Positions 42,422 through 54,157 of a DNA stretch of 64,000 nucleotides are shown one piece after another. The notes under the pieces are model-generated. The model was not told where the DNA came from. It was given only the letters and a program-made list of their open reading frames with translations, and did not search any database. The translations under genes and the position numbers were made by a program. The DNA is taken from assembly GCA_008690995.1 (NCBI GenBank), contig VRMN01000001.1, positions 1,426,001-1,490,000 on the forward strand, in the 5' to 3' direction. Positions within the stretch are counted from its first letter, which is position 1. Every line of letters begins with the position of its first letter. The stretch comes from Porphyridium purpureum (lineage: Eukaryota).

Positions 42422-45400
42422 CTAGCAATGAAGATTCCCGGCCTGCACCGAAAGCCCTACTGTCGTCTTGAAACGTTTGAAGCGATAGTTCAAAAAGTTG
42501 AAAAAGCGATTGAACGTCTCCATGGCCGCCAAGCAATCTTTCGGTTCATCGGACGAACGCAGTAACACAGCCTCAAGTTGCACATAGTTTTGGGGGCTCA
42601 TTTCATGTGTGACTGCCACGTCCACGATTTCGCGCCGCGCCCCAATGGACACATAAAAGTCTTCAATAGCTGTGCGCGAGCGCCAGTTCGCCAAATGCGC
42701 TAGAGTCAGCGCGTCCTAATACATCTTCAGGGCGTCCTTACTTATCGGCGTAGTCCTCAACTGGCGCACCAAATCGCCACTTCCCAACAACGTTGGATCC
42801 ACGCGCATAGTCTGGTTCAACAGCGCATGCTCGAGCTCGTCTGGTACCACCATCATGCGGCAATCCTTTTGAATGAAGGCATTTACGCGCTGCTTGAATC
42901 GTTTGAAGCGATTATTCATGAAGTTGAGAAACCTGCCAAATTCGCTGATTGCCGCCTTGCATGGATCAGGATACCTCAACGATTCTTTTTCGCTAAAAGT
43001 GTCGGGCTCAAACATCCCGCGATCAACTTCTGCTTGGACCAGCTGGCGCGATCCCCCTATTGCACCATAAAACTCCTCAATGCCCGTGCGCGAGCGCCAG
43101 TTCGCCGACTGCGCCAGAGTTTTGGCTCTTTCATATACCGCCCGCGTCTTCGGATCAAGTACAGCAGTTGGTACGCAGTCCCCGACCGCGTTACAGCTTG
43201 CACAGTCATTCGCAGTGGACGCCTTGCAGTAGCGCCCTCCGCGGCAATCGTCGCTCAAGCACGAATCAGAAGCGTCGCACAAAGCGCCAGGCCCACTTCG
43301 AGGTGATGTGACGACGCACGCACCAACCGTGAGGTCAAACCCATCCCTACACGCCGCGCATTTACCTGCGTCCGCCGCACAGCTTGAACATGCCGAGCCC
43401 ACATTCGACTCGCAGCAGCGTCCTCTGTGACACGTGCTGCTCACACACGTGGTGCTGTCGGAACACACGCTGCCGGGGGGATAAAGCACAGTCGGCGTCG
43501 AAGTTGGAGTCGGAATCCTTGGGTCACTTGGAAGAGAAGTTTTCTTGTCATTCGCGAGGAGACTCAAGTTCTAGAGGCGAATGTAAGGAACATGCTCACT
43601 CGGGTACGGTACTCTTTTCGCGTAGTCACAAAGATAGAGTTCTGGGTATGTCAGGCTTGCTGAAAAAAGGTTTACGCCAGCCACACTCTGCCTGAATTCC
43701 CGCTTTGCCGAGCGCGTGCATGGAACCTTCATCGATATTTCGAACCACTGGTTATACGTAAGAAGACCAGCTTGGAAGGTGTTCGCGTCAATATCGAGAT
43801 ATTCAAGGCTGAACGCATTCCGAAAGGCGTTCAGTAAAATTGTTTCAACATTATCAGCGACGAAACTCTCAGCGAAGCTGGAAATGCAATCACTCTCATA
43901 CCGGCCAGCAATGACGCGAAGATTTTGCAGACCGTGCCAAACGCCTTGGATATTACCGTGTGAAATGGCCAAGAGACTGCGAAACTTATCCACGTCGGTT
44001 ATCAAGCTACGAGCACCATCCAAAGAGATCAAAAATTTAACGCCATCCGCCACGTCCAGACCTTCGCCTCCCAATAACGCCTGGATATGCTCGCGGTAGC
44101 TCCTGTCCAGACTTCTGAAAGTTTCTTGCAATGCGTCCAGATTCGATCCGAAGCGAGTCGCGACTTGACGCGACTTGTGTAAATTTGAGCAAAGTTGTTC
44201 GAGCTGCACGTTGACATTGTTGAAGACCAGCACAGCCTGCGAACCAGAGCGCACGCAGCTCTCAACGGGGGCAAGCTTGCGCTCAACTCCGGCAACGACA
44301 CCATCAGAAGAGGACAAGGCACGATCGATAATACGTGTTTGGATCATGTCGCGGAGGGTATCCACGAGCCCGTCCCCAATTTCCGAAACAAGCTCATTGA
44401 AGTACGAAATTATTCGAGTGATCATGGCTTCACATGTGGCTCCCACATAACAGCCGGCAGCGGATACCAAGTAAAAAGCGTACAGATCCACACCCAATTC
44501 CGGACCTAAAATGATATAGTCCTGATCGTTTTGTTCTTCCCGTAGCCTCTCAGCACGGTTGTGTTGAACGTTGAATCCGTTTTCAATCAAACATGCGTGC
44601 GTACTGACTGCGGCTTGTATCGTGTCTGCAGTGACTGAATTCGCTTTGATTTCACTTAACGCGTCGAAAGCCTCTGGCAAGCATTCGCACATGCCTCGCG
44701 CACTTTGAATGGCAGTTTGCGCGGCCGGAAAAGCGGAACAAATTGACTTCGATTCATACATAATGTCGAGACGATCCGGAATGCTGGTGCAAGTTTCTCC
44801 GCATTTGGATTTGCTGCAACCAGTGCATGGAACGTTGACACACACACGACCGCATTTTGAGCTGCAGCCTGTGTAAGGTATATTCACGCAGGTTTCTGCG
44901 CACCTCTCTTTGCTGCCCCCAGTACATGGCACACTGACGCACGATTCTCCGCATTGATCTTTGCTGCACCCAGTACAAGGCACACAGAGTTCGCCACATC
45001 TGTCACTTCTGCAGCCATAGCAACGCCGAATCCAACTGTTGCACTTGCAGTCACACCAATTTGCAGTACACTGGCCACAGTTCCAGTCGCTGCAATTGTT
45101 GGTGTACTTTTTCTGGCCGCAGTCCCAGCCGCAGCACTTAAAAGTGCACTTTCTCTGATCATAATCGTACGCCCAGCACTTGTTCGTGCACTTCTCCTGT
45201 CCTCAATACCATGTACAACAGGTGTTCGTGCACGCTGCCTTGTATTTGATAGCGGCACTGGTCGGATACCTAATCTCCAAATTGCACAAGTCTGAAATAC
45301 TGCGGCCAGCGGTAGCACATATCCCTTCCTTCCTACTACCTTGGCGAAGAACTTCAAATCCTCTATCTGTGTATGATGACGCCTGGGTCGAGGACGCCGA

Positions 45401-45782
45401 CCCCTACGGCAGAGTAAACAGATGAGTATCTATTTGCGCTTTGCTCGCATTGCGGCGCAGAACGTCCTCTACGCCTAGATTGTAAAACTCACGCACCGAC
45501 GTCGACACTTCCGCAAGCTCTGCGAGCGCTGTCAGAGGCGTACAGAGCAATGGGTTCTGACGAGTTCATGGACGTCTTCGGCGAGGCTTCAGGACCAAAG
45601 ATCCATCGGCCCTCGTTGTGCGTGCGGCTCTCTGCCATCTCGGCTGCAGCTTCTAGGGGAGTCACCATCCTCGTTTCCGGGAACTGGCTGCCGACGGGCT
45701 TCGGCACGGGCAAAATAAATCCATTCACCGATACCAACAAGCACAGGAGAACGAACGACACAAGCACCTTCCTGACCGCCAT
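42422..45782 (-). pseudogene. Pseudogene of a large secreted cysteine-rich repeat protein
   Basis: Signal peptide from ATG 45782; frameshift near 45540; then one frame with stops at 45404, 45203, 43571 and 42716. Confidence 0.8.
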
Positions 45783-46280
45783 GGTACTTATTCCTCCAAA
45801 ATGGTCAATTCTCCGTCCCAAGGCTATCGCGACGCCTAGGACCCGGCTCGCCGTTCTCGCCCTCCTTCCGTGTGCGAAACCGGATTGAATGGTATTTGGT
45901 TAACTGCATGTTCCCAGTCCAGTACAAATAGACATCGACTTTGCGAACCACCCAGACACCTGCTTTTGTGCCGGTGAGAAAATTGGCTATTTCGATTCAC
46001 GAATCTGCAAACGGCGGCCTTGCGCGCAAATTTCAGGTCCTGGACCGACCCCCAAATCATAACCAAAATGATTTGCCAACGGCACTTTCACTCGGCACCC
46101 AGCGCCACGTGACTTTGGCCGAGAGAAAGCGCCGTGAATAGAGGATGCAAATTGGAGCCGTGAGCGGCGCAAACACATATTCAGGCGCATTCTTCCATGG
46201 ACCGACAGACCAAGCCCTCCATAAGCTCATAGACACTTGACGATCACTAAACTATACGGTGAGGCCTGCATTTCCGGCAA

Positions 46281-46415
46281 TTCCTCGGCGGACAGTTGAT
46301 TCCGTCTTTCCTCGGCGGACAGCTGATTCCATCTTTCCTCGGCGGACAGCTAATTCCATCTTTCCTCGGAGAGGAGCGTTGTATCGCTTTCCTCGACGGA
46401 CAGCGTGTTCCTTCT
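46281..46415. repeat. 27-bp tandem repeat, ~5 degenerate copies (TTCCTCGGCGGACAGYTGATTCCRTCT)
   Basis: Copies start at 46281, 46308, 46335, 46362 and 46389. Confidence 0.9.
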
Positions 46416-46649
46416 CGCTCCGGCGGAGTGACCCAGGAACAGCTCGACAGCGAGACGATTTGGTGCTGAGCGAGCCCTCGGTGTCCCCGCTTTCTGTCTT
46501 GCGCGTGATCCATCACGCCGGATCGACATCGCAGGATAATAACAACGCACATGCCTATGAAATGACGTCAGAAGTAGGCTCTGCGGAGAAGGAAAGAAAA
46601 ATTAAAAGAATGACCTGCATGGCGCAACCAGAGAAGGCAGGGGAACTTC

Positions 46650-48365
46650 ATGTTTCTAGAAGGGCGCTTTCATACGTGTGACATCGCGCTCCATGTGTCG
46701 AGGCGACTTGTTTCTTTCTATATTCTCGGACGTGAGAAGGCCGCTCTCGAAGCGGGCATGGAAGCGCTGACCGAGCCCGTGTCTCGCGACAGCGCACTGG
46801 TTTCCAAGAGAGAGTTGCCCGGCATAGGGTCTCCGAATCATATCCCGTCGCGCCTGCCGCAGCAGCTGCTGAATCCTGTGCGGCTTTGCTACTTGGTGGT
46901 GGGCGTCTTCCTGGGCCTGGCACTCGGACGGTGGACGACAAGCTGCGCACCCGTATTTCAATCCTCAGCACCTCATCCGTTCGACGCGCAACATGCAGAC
47001 GCGTCGATGTCGCTCCCAAGAGATTTGCTAGAACCAGCAGATGATCGTCTTGTGGGGGACAAGGTCGAAGGGCGATTGCCGCGGTCGTCTAACGACGCAG
47101 AATTTTCGGAAGGCTTGCGCAATGGACAGAATGGTTTGCAGGCGCGCGAACATTCGTTCGCAGATGTTTCGGACGTGATCGACTACGGAAACTTCGACGC
47201 AAGGTACATCTCGACAGAGGAAGAGAGCGTCGTAGCTCCCCCACAGGAGGTTGTGGAGGGCGTTGCGTTTTTCATCCAATTATCGGCAGCGAATATGGAG
47301 CAGCTTCCGCGGCTGCTGAGTGCGCTATACCACGAGCACAACGCATTCGTGATCCATTTCGACCGGCGAGTCCCGCAAGCGGCGCATGAGTTGGTGATCT
47401 TTACGTCGTGTGAGATGCTTGAGGCCAAGCGCAAACCTGGGGAGAAGAGAAAGAGAGAGAGTAAGTGCGCACTACCGAGTAATGTGCTGTACTTGTCTCG
47501 GGACTATGTTACGTGGGGAGGGGTGAGCATGGTTCTCAACGTTATCCGGGGCATGGAGTGGCTGCTGAATCATCGTGCGTTTGTTGAGGGTCCGAAAAGG
47601 ATCGTTTGGTCACACCTGATTTACATGTCGGCATCGGCCTATCCATTGGTGTCGCCTACCGATATGCACGCGCTTCTCCATCGGCCGGAAACGAAATGGA
47701 CTTCGTTTCTTCACATGGAATCGCTCAAGTCCTACTCTCGGAGAGGCGATATGACTGTGAGGAGACGGTTCGGCATGTTTCGCATGGACCCTGGGGTGTT
47801 TGGTAAGCCCGTACCTCGACCCATGGAGATGTGCGGGTCCAAGAGCGTCGGCGGTTTCGAGAACGTGACACGCCTGCCGGCGAATCAATTCTACAAAGGT
47901 GAATTTTGGAGTATTTTGTCCAGAAGCGCCGTAAGTACTATTGTGCATTCGACTGAAGCAAAGATCTGGCTCCTTAGGCTGTCCACGTTTTTCGTGCCTG
48001 ACGAGCTGTTCATGCAGACTATTGTTTCGCAGCACAAGCACTTGCTAGCCCAAGCACGCGGTGATCCCCTGCTGTTCCTTTGCTGGACCAGAGCAATGAA
48101 GGACGGGAGTGTCCGCGCGAGCGCGCACCCAAATGTGCTCACTAGAGACACCTCATTTGTCAAACTGCGTGAATCCGGCGCTCTTCTGGCGAGAAAATTT
48201 GATTCACGGAGCGAGAACCTGATGGATCGCATTGATAGCGAGCTTCATAACAATGAAGAATATCTTCAGCGGGTGGCACTGCGGATGAGCAGCGCCTGCC
48301 GACTGAAAGAGCAGGCGTGTCGAGAAACTCCCAAACCCGGCTCCGACTGCAATCTGGAGATGTAA
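46650..48365 (+). CDS. GT14 glycosyltransferase (core-2/I-branching/xylosyltransferase family)
   Basis: TM anchor, LPRLLSALYH..N.FVIHFD, VTWGGVSMV, SASAYPL, KGEFWSILSR, PDELFMQT, ARKF. Start may be 46758. Confidence 0.9.
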   Translation: MFLEGRFHTCDIALHVSRRLVSFYILGREKAALEAGMEALTEPVSRDSALVSKRELPGIGSPNHIPSRLPQQLLNPVRLCYLVVGVFLGLALGRWTTSCAPVFQSSAPHPFDAQHADASMSLPRDLLEPADDRLVGDKVEGRLPRSSNDAEFSEGLRNGQNGLQAREHSFADVSDVIDYGNFDARYISTEEESVVAPPQEVVEGVAFFIQLSAANMEQLPRLLSALYHEHNAFVIHFDRRVPQAAHELVIFTSCEMLEAKRKPGEKRKRESKCALPSNVLYLSRDYVTWGGVSMVLNVIRGMEWLLNHRAFVEGPKRIVWSHLIYMSASAYPLVSPTDMHALLHRPETKWTSFLHMESLKSYSRRGDMTVRRRFGMFRMDPGVFGKPVPRPMEMCGSKSVGGFENVTRLPANQFYKGEFWSILSRSAVSTIVHSTEAKIWLLRLSTFFVPDELFMQTIVSQHKHLLAQARGDPLLFLCWTRAMKDGSVRASAHPNVLTRDTSFVKLRESGALLARKFDSRSENLMDRIDSELHNNEEYLQRVALRMSSACRLKEQACRETPKPGSDCNLEM

Positions 48366-48773
48366 TCGATCGAGCGCTTCAATCATGCCCGGTGAGGCCG
48401 AAATCAAGTTGAAAATCTGTTCGGGCCCAGCGCGATGGACGGAGCTGCGAGATTGTCCCACGAAGTGCATACGTTGGGTGATCTCGTGCACGTGGTCGTG
48501 CCAAGACGAGAGTCTCGGAAAGTAATAATTTCAACCACACGAAGAGCTCTTCCCAATGACGTAACACCGGCCGCAGTCGAAAACCTTCCAGGCTATCTTG
48601 CACGAATCTCTGGAGGGACGTGTCGGGAACATGAAATCACTTTGTGCGAGTATGATTCCGCAGTCTTGTCGTTCACGGCGAAGGAACGCATCTCACGCTG
48701 TTAAATTCTACAAAACATTGTTTGCCCTTTTTAAGGTGCGCGGGAGCGCGGGAACACGGATCCCCCCTGTAGT

Positions 48774-50335
48774 TTAGCCAAGATGGCGTCCCAAATCCCT
48801 CGTTTCAAAGTACCTACAGTTCGTCCTTTGCTGCTGTTTTGGGGCGCCTCTGTGGCAGTCGCGAGTCCTCACTTCCTGTCGAGGCTTTTCTTGAAGCGAA
48901 ATTCCTTCAGAGTCCACCGCCGGCCGGTCCGCTTCAAAGTCGGTCGCGTAAAACCGCTTCTTCTTGGATGTTTCTTCAGCTAGATATTTTGCCCCAAGTT
49001 CATACCGTACGACGTACAAGTTATCGAAACAGATGTTGTAAACACTTGCAAGCACATCAAGAGCGACCCCGCCTACCGACAGGATGGTGCTTTGGACAGT
49101 ACAAATCCCACACTGCGTCGAGTACGGGATGATGCGCGGCTGTCACCCACTCCTGTAGCCTAGATTTGGAATCATTCAAGGCTTGCACGTGCCCTTAAAA
49201 TTCGAGTTCATAATTTGCAGTTGATGCCGCGTTCCGCACTTCTCGGTCAAACACAGCGGGTTCGTGATCCACTTTTCCTACCAAGGTCTATCCTCCTCAT
49301 CGTCCTAAAAACCCGGCGTGCGGATGTTCGGGTCGATTAGAAATGCATTTCTTTCTTCGAGCCAGTCCTCGGGCTTCTACCGGCTCTTGTCAGGGATCCT
49401 TGAGTCCTGGATTTCGCCCCAATCGTCTGGCGTTGTATCGTCCCGGTCCACATTTCAACGTTCATCCACTCAGCCCGATGGCTTGATGTCGGCAGGATCG
49501 TCTGACATCTTTCAAAGCTGGAACGGCGGCTCAAACTCTTTGTCGAGCCTGTACGCGTACTCTGTACCATGTACAGACATGACGGCCTTCCGGCATTTAA
49601 AGAATAGACTAAAGCGATATAGGTTCGTTGCCGTATTGACATGGTAATGCGGCTCGGATGAATTCTGCGGCACATGTTCCCCGCACTCGGCCGCAATTCG
49701 ATTTTTGATGGAAACAATCACGATAAAGCGGGACTGCTCATTGCAACGATCACGAACAAACACCATGCGTGACGGCGACATGTCCTTCACAATCTGTATG
49801 CTGTTCAATGGGGCTACCAGCAGCTCCCAGAAAAGTCTCGAGCATGTCCAGAACGCCTTGCGGCGCACGTCGAATTGGATGGTGAAGCCATCCAAGAAAG
49901 CACCAATGTCAAGCTTCCGCGCGACCTTGACATCCTGCCTTTGCCGTGTTCGGAACCCGATTTCCTGATCACCGTGGTATTATAGGGGGGTCAACGGAAC
50001 CAATCTCTGGAGCGCCATCCGTGCCACGTCCGCGCGCGTACATCTGGCAAGTCGGTTCGTCATCATCCGGTTTCAGTTGGAAAAGTCAAGTCTTTGACTG
50101 CCGAAAATTCTCCCACAAGTACGCGCGAGCCGGAGGGTCTACGATTGGCATGGTGTAAAACGCCGCGGTGCGTTTCTCCAATTTCTCGGACATACGCTAT
50201 CGGCAGGTCGCGCATCTTCAGCGAACGGTCGCGAGGACCGCGATCGGCAGCGCGCATCGCCACAAACTTGCACAGCTCATCGGCGCAGTAAACTTGTTGA
50301 GATTTGCGTCTCCCGGCTTCGGTATTCGCTACCAA
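48774..50335 (-). pseudogene. Calnexin pseudogene
   Basis: Manual translation: FTIQFDVR..WTC, FEPPF, DDPADIKPSG*VDE, TPDDW, KPEDWLEE, *DDEEDRPW, ITNPLC.TEKCG, NFKG, MIPN, PRIIP, FDNLYV, AEET; 8 in-frame stops between 49514 and ~49143. Ends approximate. Confidence 0.88.
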
Positions 50336-51040
50336 CCATGCCCAGCTAGCTCCGAATCATTCTATGGGAAAGTGTACGACAAAGCCTCCGACAGTAGTCC
50401 GGAGGAACCTGTTGCGCGCGTGTGAGGCGTCTTGGATGCTCAGCATTAGTGCAAGAATGTAGCCTGTGCATGTTTTCGTTCGAGCGGAGCGGCGGAAGAA
50501 AAACGACGGTTAAAGTGCGTACATTATCCCGACATCGACGACCACGACGAAGCGAGAGGCTGCGGCGCACGATGATACGACGTTCGGACCACACTAGACG
50601 AAAACCCAAGCTGCGTGCCTCACGTTCGTACAGACATGAAAATCATGACGCAGGAAGTCTGTAGGCTCACCACCGCAAACATAGCCATCACAATGGATCG
50701 TGCACTGACCTGCTCACACTTTGCTCAAGATTCGCGAGCTTATCTCCCGCACCGCAGCGGGCTCGAGGGCGGCGGACTCAAGACAATTTCACAATCCGGC
50801 AGAGACGCGCCGCACAACGTGCTCCAGACCGGCCGAACCGACGTCTTCGCAAGGTGCCATTAAGCGCGGAGACGCAACACTCGTCGCGACTGACGACGCA
50901 GCTCGCGTGCAAGACATCACTGACGAGAGCGGTCCGTCCCGCAAGCGCACGTTCTCCATGCTTGATTGGGCACGAGCGCTGGCAGTGTGGGCGTGGCGCA
51001 ACGTGCGGGCGCGGTCGGGCGTCGGGTTCGAGAGTGCTGG

Positions 51041-51514
51041 ATGGGTGGCTGTGCGAGTTCGTTGAACGCCGAGAGCGGCAAGGGGAAGCGGAACAGCGGG
51101 GCCGCTGGTCGAGTTGCTGGAGTCGGCGCGTGGGACGGGCACGTGCGTAGCGTGGCGCCATGGCGCGTCGAGCCTGCGGTGACGCGCGCTCAGCTGGAGC
51201 GCTTGCGCAACGAGTTCTGGGAGACGCGCGTCGAGGGGCGAGAGGAAATGTGGCAGGCCCTGCGGGCTGCCGCAGAGGCAGACACCGATGACCTGCGTGA
51301 TGAAATCGTCAAGGCTGCGGGCATTCGCCCAGCTGCAGCGAACGCCACGTTGCTTGTTGCGTACGACGAGCGTGGCGCGCTGTACGAGGTGCCTATCTAC
51401 TGTCTTCGCGACCCAGATAATCTTGACGGGGAGCCGGCATGTCCCGAATTCAAGGACGCCGCCCGTGCAGTTCAGGAGTACTGCGAACGCATGAAACAAT
51501 CGCGTGCCGTCTGA
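51041..51514 (+). CDS. UBTD/DC-UbP ubiquitin-binding domain protein
   Basis: MGGCASS lipidation start, LERLRNEFWETRVEGREEMWQAL, YDERGALYEVPIYC. Confidence 0.9.
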   Translation: MGGCASSLNAESGKGKRNSGAAGRVAGVGAWDGHVRSVAPWRVEPAVTRAQLERLRNEFWETRVEGREEMWQALRAAAEADTDDLRDEIVKAAGIRPAAANATLLVAYDERGALYEVPIYCLRDPDNLDGEPACPEFKDAARAVQEYCERMKQSRAV

Positions 51515-51823
51515 ATACGGCTTCGTAGACGGAACAGAAACGACAACAAAGACAAGAGGAAAAATCCCTCACGCCCCTCTTTGGTTGACCGCTTTCGATG
51601 CCGAGCATTCCATCGAGCCCGCTTTTACTTTGGCGGTGGCTAGGGCGTGCAAATGGTCTGGCCCCGTTGATGAAAAGATAGGATTCGCACGCATGTACAA
51701 AATGAACCTGCGTCACATGGTTGCCTGGCTTCCACTTATAGTATTTACATGAGCCCGACGCAATCAACCTGCCGCTCTCTGTCTGTGAGAAAAAGAAATG
51801 GTCAGAAAAGAAATTCCCGCGTT

Positions 51824-54109
51824 TTACTCGCTCCAGTCGCTGAACGTCTCATCGTCGTTCCCCGGATGCTCGTCCTCTTCTGCTTCGGCGGACGGCACCA
51901 ATGCATCCGCGGCGGCATCGGGCTCTTCTACACACGCTGATTCCGATGGAACCTCGTTGCCATGTTCGCCCATCTCTTCCACACCGCTCGATTTCTTCGA
52001 CCAAAGCGCAGAAGCTGGCGGGGATGCTGAAGCATTGACGGACGCAGAAGCTTCTGCAGACGTTGAAAAATGCAACTCAGTCAGCTCTTCCGCGCTGATG
52101 GTGAATTTGTTGCTTCTGTTCAACATGCCGAGCGACCCTTCCTCAAACACCCTCCTATCGTGAACGCTTGCGGGCCCATCGACACACACGCCAAGCTTTT
52201 CGAGCAGGCGCATCGCCAGCTCCGACACTGTAACCGCCACCTTGTCAGCTGCAGCGCTTTGCAGGGTGGGAACAATGTTTGTGCGGGATGCGAGCGCATG
52301 CGGGTCGGTGCTTCTCTCAAAATGCAGGTCAAGAACGCGCAGTAGCTTCATGCGCACGAGCGCAGAGCGCAGTTCCGCGGTCCTGTTCGCGAGCCACGAC
52401 ACGACAAGCTCCACAATGCCTGAATCCTCCATGGCGCGGCAGAACACTGCTGAAATGGAGATGAGCTGGCGGTATGGTTCCAAGAGTAGCTCAATTTGCC
52501 GGCGCGGCCACGACTCGAACAAGCGAAAAATTTGCTGCTTGTTTTGAGGGAGCACGAGCACGGGCTCGACGCGCGCGCGCTCAAATTCAAGCCAGTCGCT
52601 GATTGAGCCTAAGATGCGAATCTGCCAGTTCCGAATAACGCCTGAGGTTGCGAGCAGCTCAAAGTAGAACTGCAAGCCTTCCCCGTCGTCCCAAAGCGCA
52701 TGCCGTGCACGTGCAGACGACGACGCAAGACCGGCGTACATTTCAACGGCATAACCCTTCAGATTGATGTCATTCACTCGGATCAGCCGCTTCAGATGAG
52801 GCACCACACCAGCCAGCACAATCGCCTCCTGGCGCTGTTGTGAAACAAATGACAGGTTGTAAAGCGACATAATGATGCTCCGCATACTCTTAAATGTAAG
52901 GCGCTCTTCGTTCAGAGCCTGCGCGAGGCACTCGATCACTCCGGCACGCTGCAGATGCGAGTGCGTCGCTGGGTCCCGAGACAATTCCAGCACGACACAC
53001 AGTAACTTGAATACCATTTCGGCGGGCTGGTCGGCCACATCGGCGATGATTCTCAACGCGGGCGCGAGCAGCTCGGCGCAAGACGCCAGCTTTAACTTGA
53101 TAGAAGAGAGCGGGCGCTCCGCAACAACCACCAGGAGCGACGCGAGCGAGTGCGCAAACGAAGTGTACGTGTGAACCGCTTGCCGGGTTACAAGCCAGTC
53201 GAGACACACTCCGGCGGAACGCGCAAAGCCGGCAGCGACTAGTTGTGAGCAACAGACCGGCCGAAAGCGCTGTCCGCGCAGATTCAAGCCATGCCAAAGC
53301 GTCGCAAGCGCAACACTCGCCAGCTCAGCCCCGTTTTGCGTCAGATCTGGCTCCAACAGCTCCACCAGCGCCGCAATCCCATCACACGCTACAAGCATGC
53401 TCAGTGCCGTCGAGTCCTCGCTCAGCTCAGCAATGATCCGGCTCGTCAATAGCCGCGTCTCCGCGTGCACTCCCCGCCGGCACATACGCACGAGTACAGG
53501 TAAAAAGCCGCCTATGCAAACCTGCACGCGAAACTCGTGGAGTTGGGCCTCGAATGCATCCTTACATTCTGCGCCTGCGCCACTGAACGATCCACTTTTC
53601 TTCAGCTGACGTGACTGAGTTTGTTGCTGGAAATCGGGAGTCGGCTGCGCCGACGGAGAGAGTTTCGAGCGACTCGAGAAACTGGTTGAGCTAGTCATCT
53701 CAGGCGTCAATGCTCCGCCTCCAACAGCTGCTGTATTTGTAGCTGCGTTTGCGCTGCCAGTACCACTACTACCCTTCCCGGCGAGGCTTTGATTCAACCT
53801 CTCCATCTCGGGTGGCACTTGCATGTCGATGCCACCCGTTCCGCTGATGCTTGGCATTCTTTGAACACTGCACGCGCTACTCAGATTCTTACTTGCGCGC
53901 AGCGATGCCATGGACGTGCTGCTTTCGATCCGGGGTGTGTGTCGCACGAGCTCAATAATGACGCGCAGGCATGCCTGCACGCGAGCATCTGCCACGCTGA
54001 TTGCCCCACCCGATGATTTTTCTGCTACCGCCTGCGGATGCAACTGTCTTTCTTGGTCTGGTTGAAGAGGCTGGCGGTGATCTTGGTTCTTTCGTAATTC
54101 CTGTTGTTG

Positions 54110-54157
<48 letters not shown>

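Noticed and set aside
42716..45406. Selenocysteine or stop-codon reassignment in the Cys-rich gene
   Set aside because: A frameshift, mixed TAG/TGA stops and Cys-to-Tyr decay are present, and neighbouring intact genes use TAG and TGA as true stops.
46281..46415. CRISPR-like array
   Set aside because: Units are directly tandem with no unique spacers; no cas genes; eukaryotic context.
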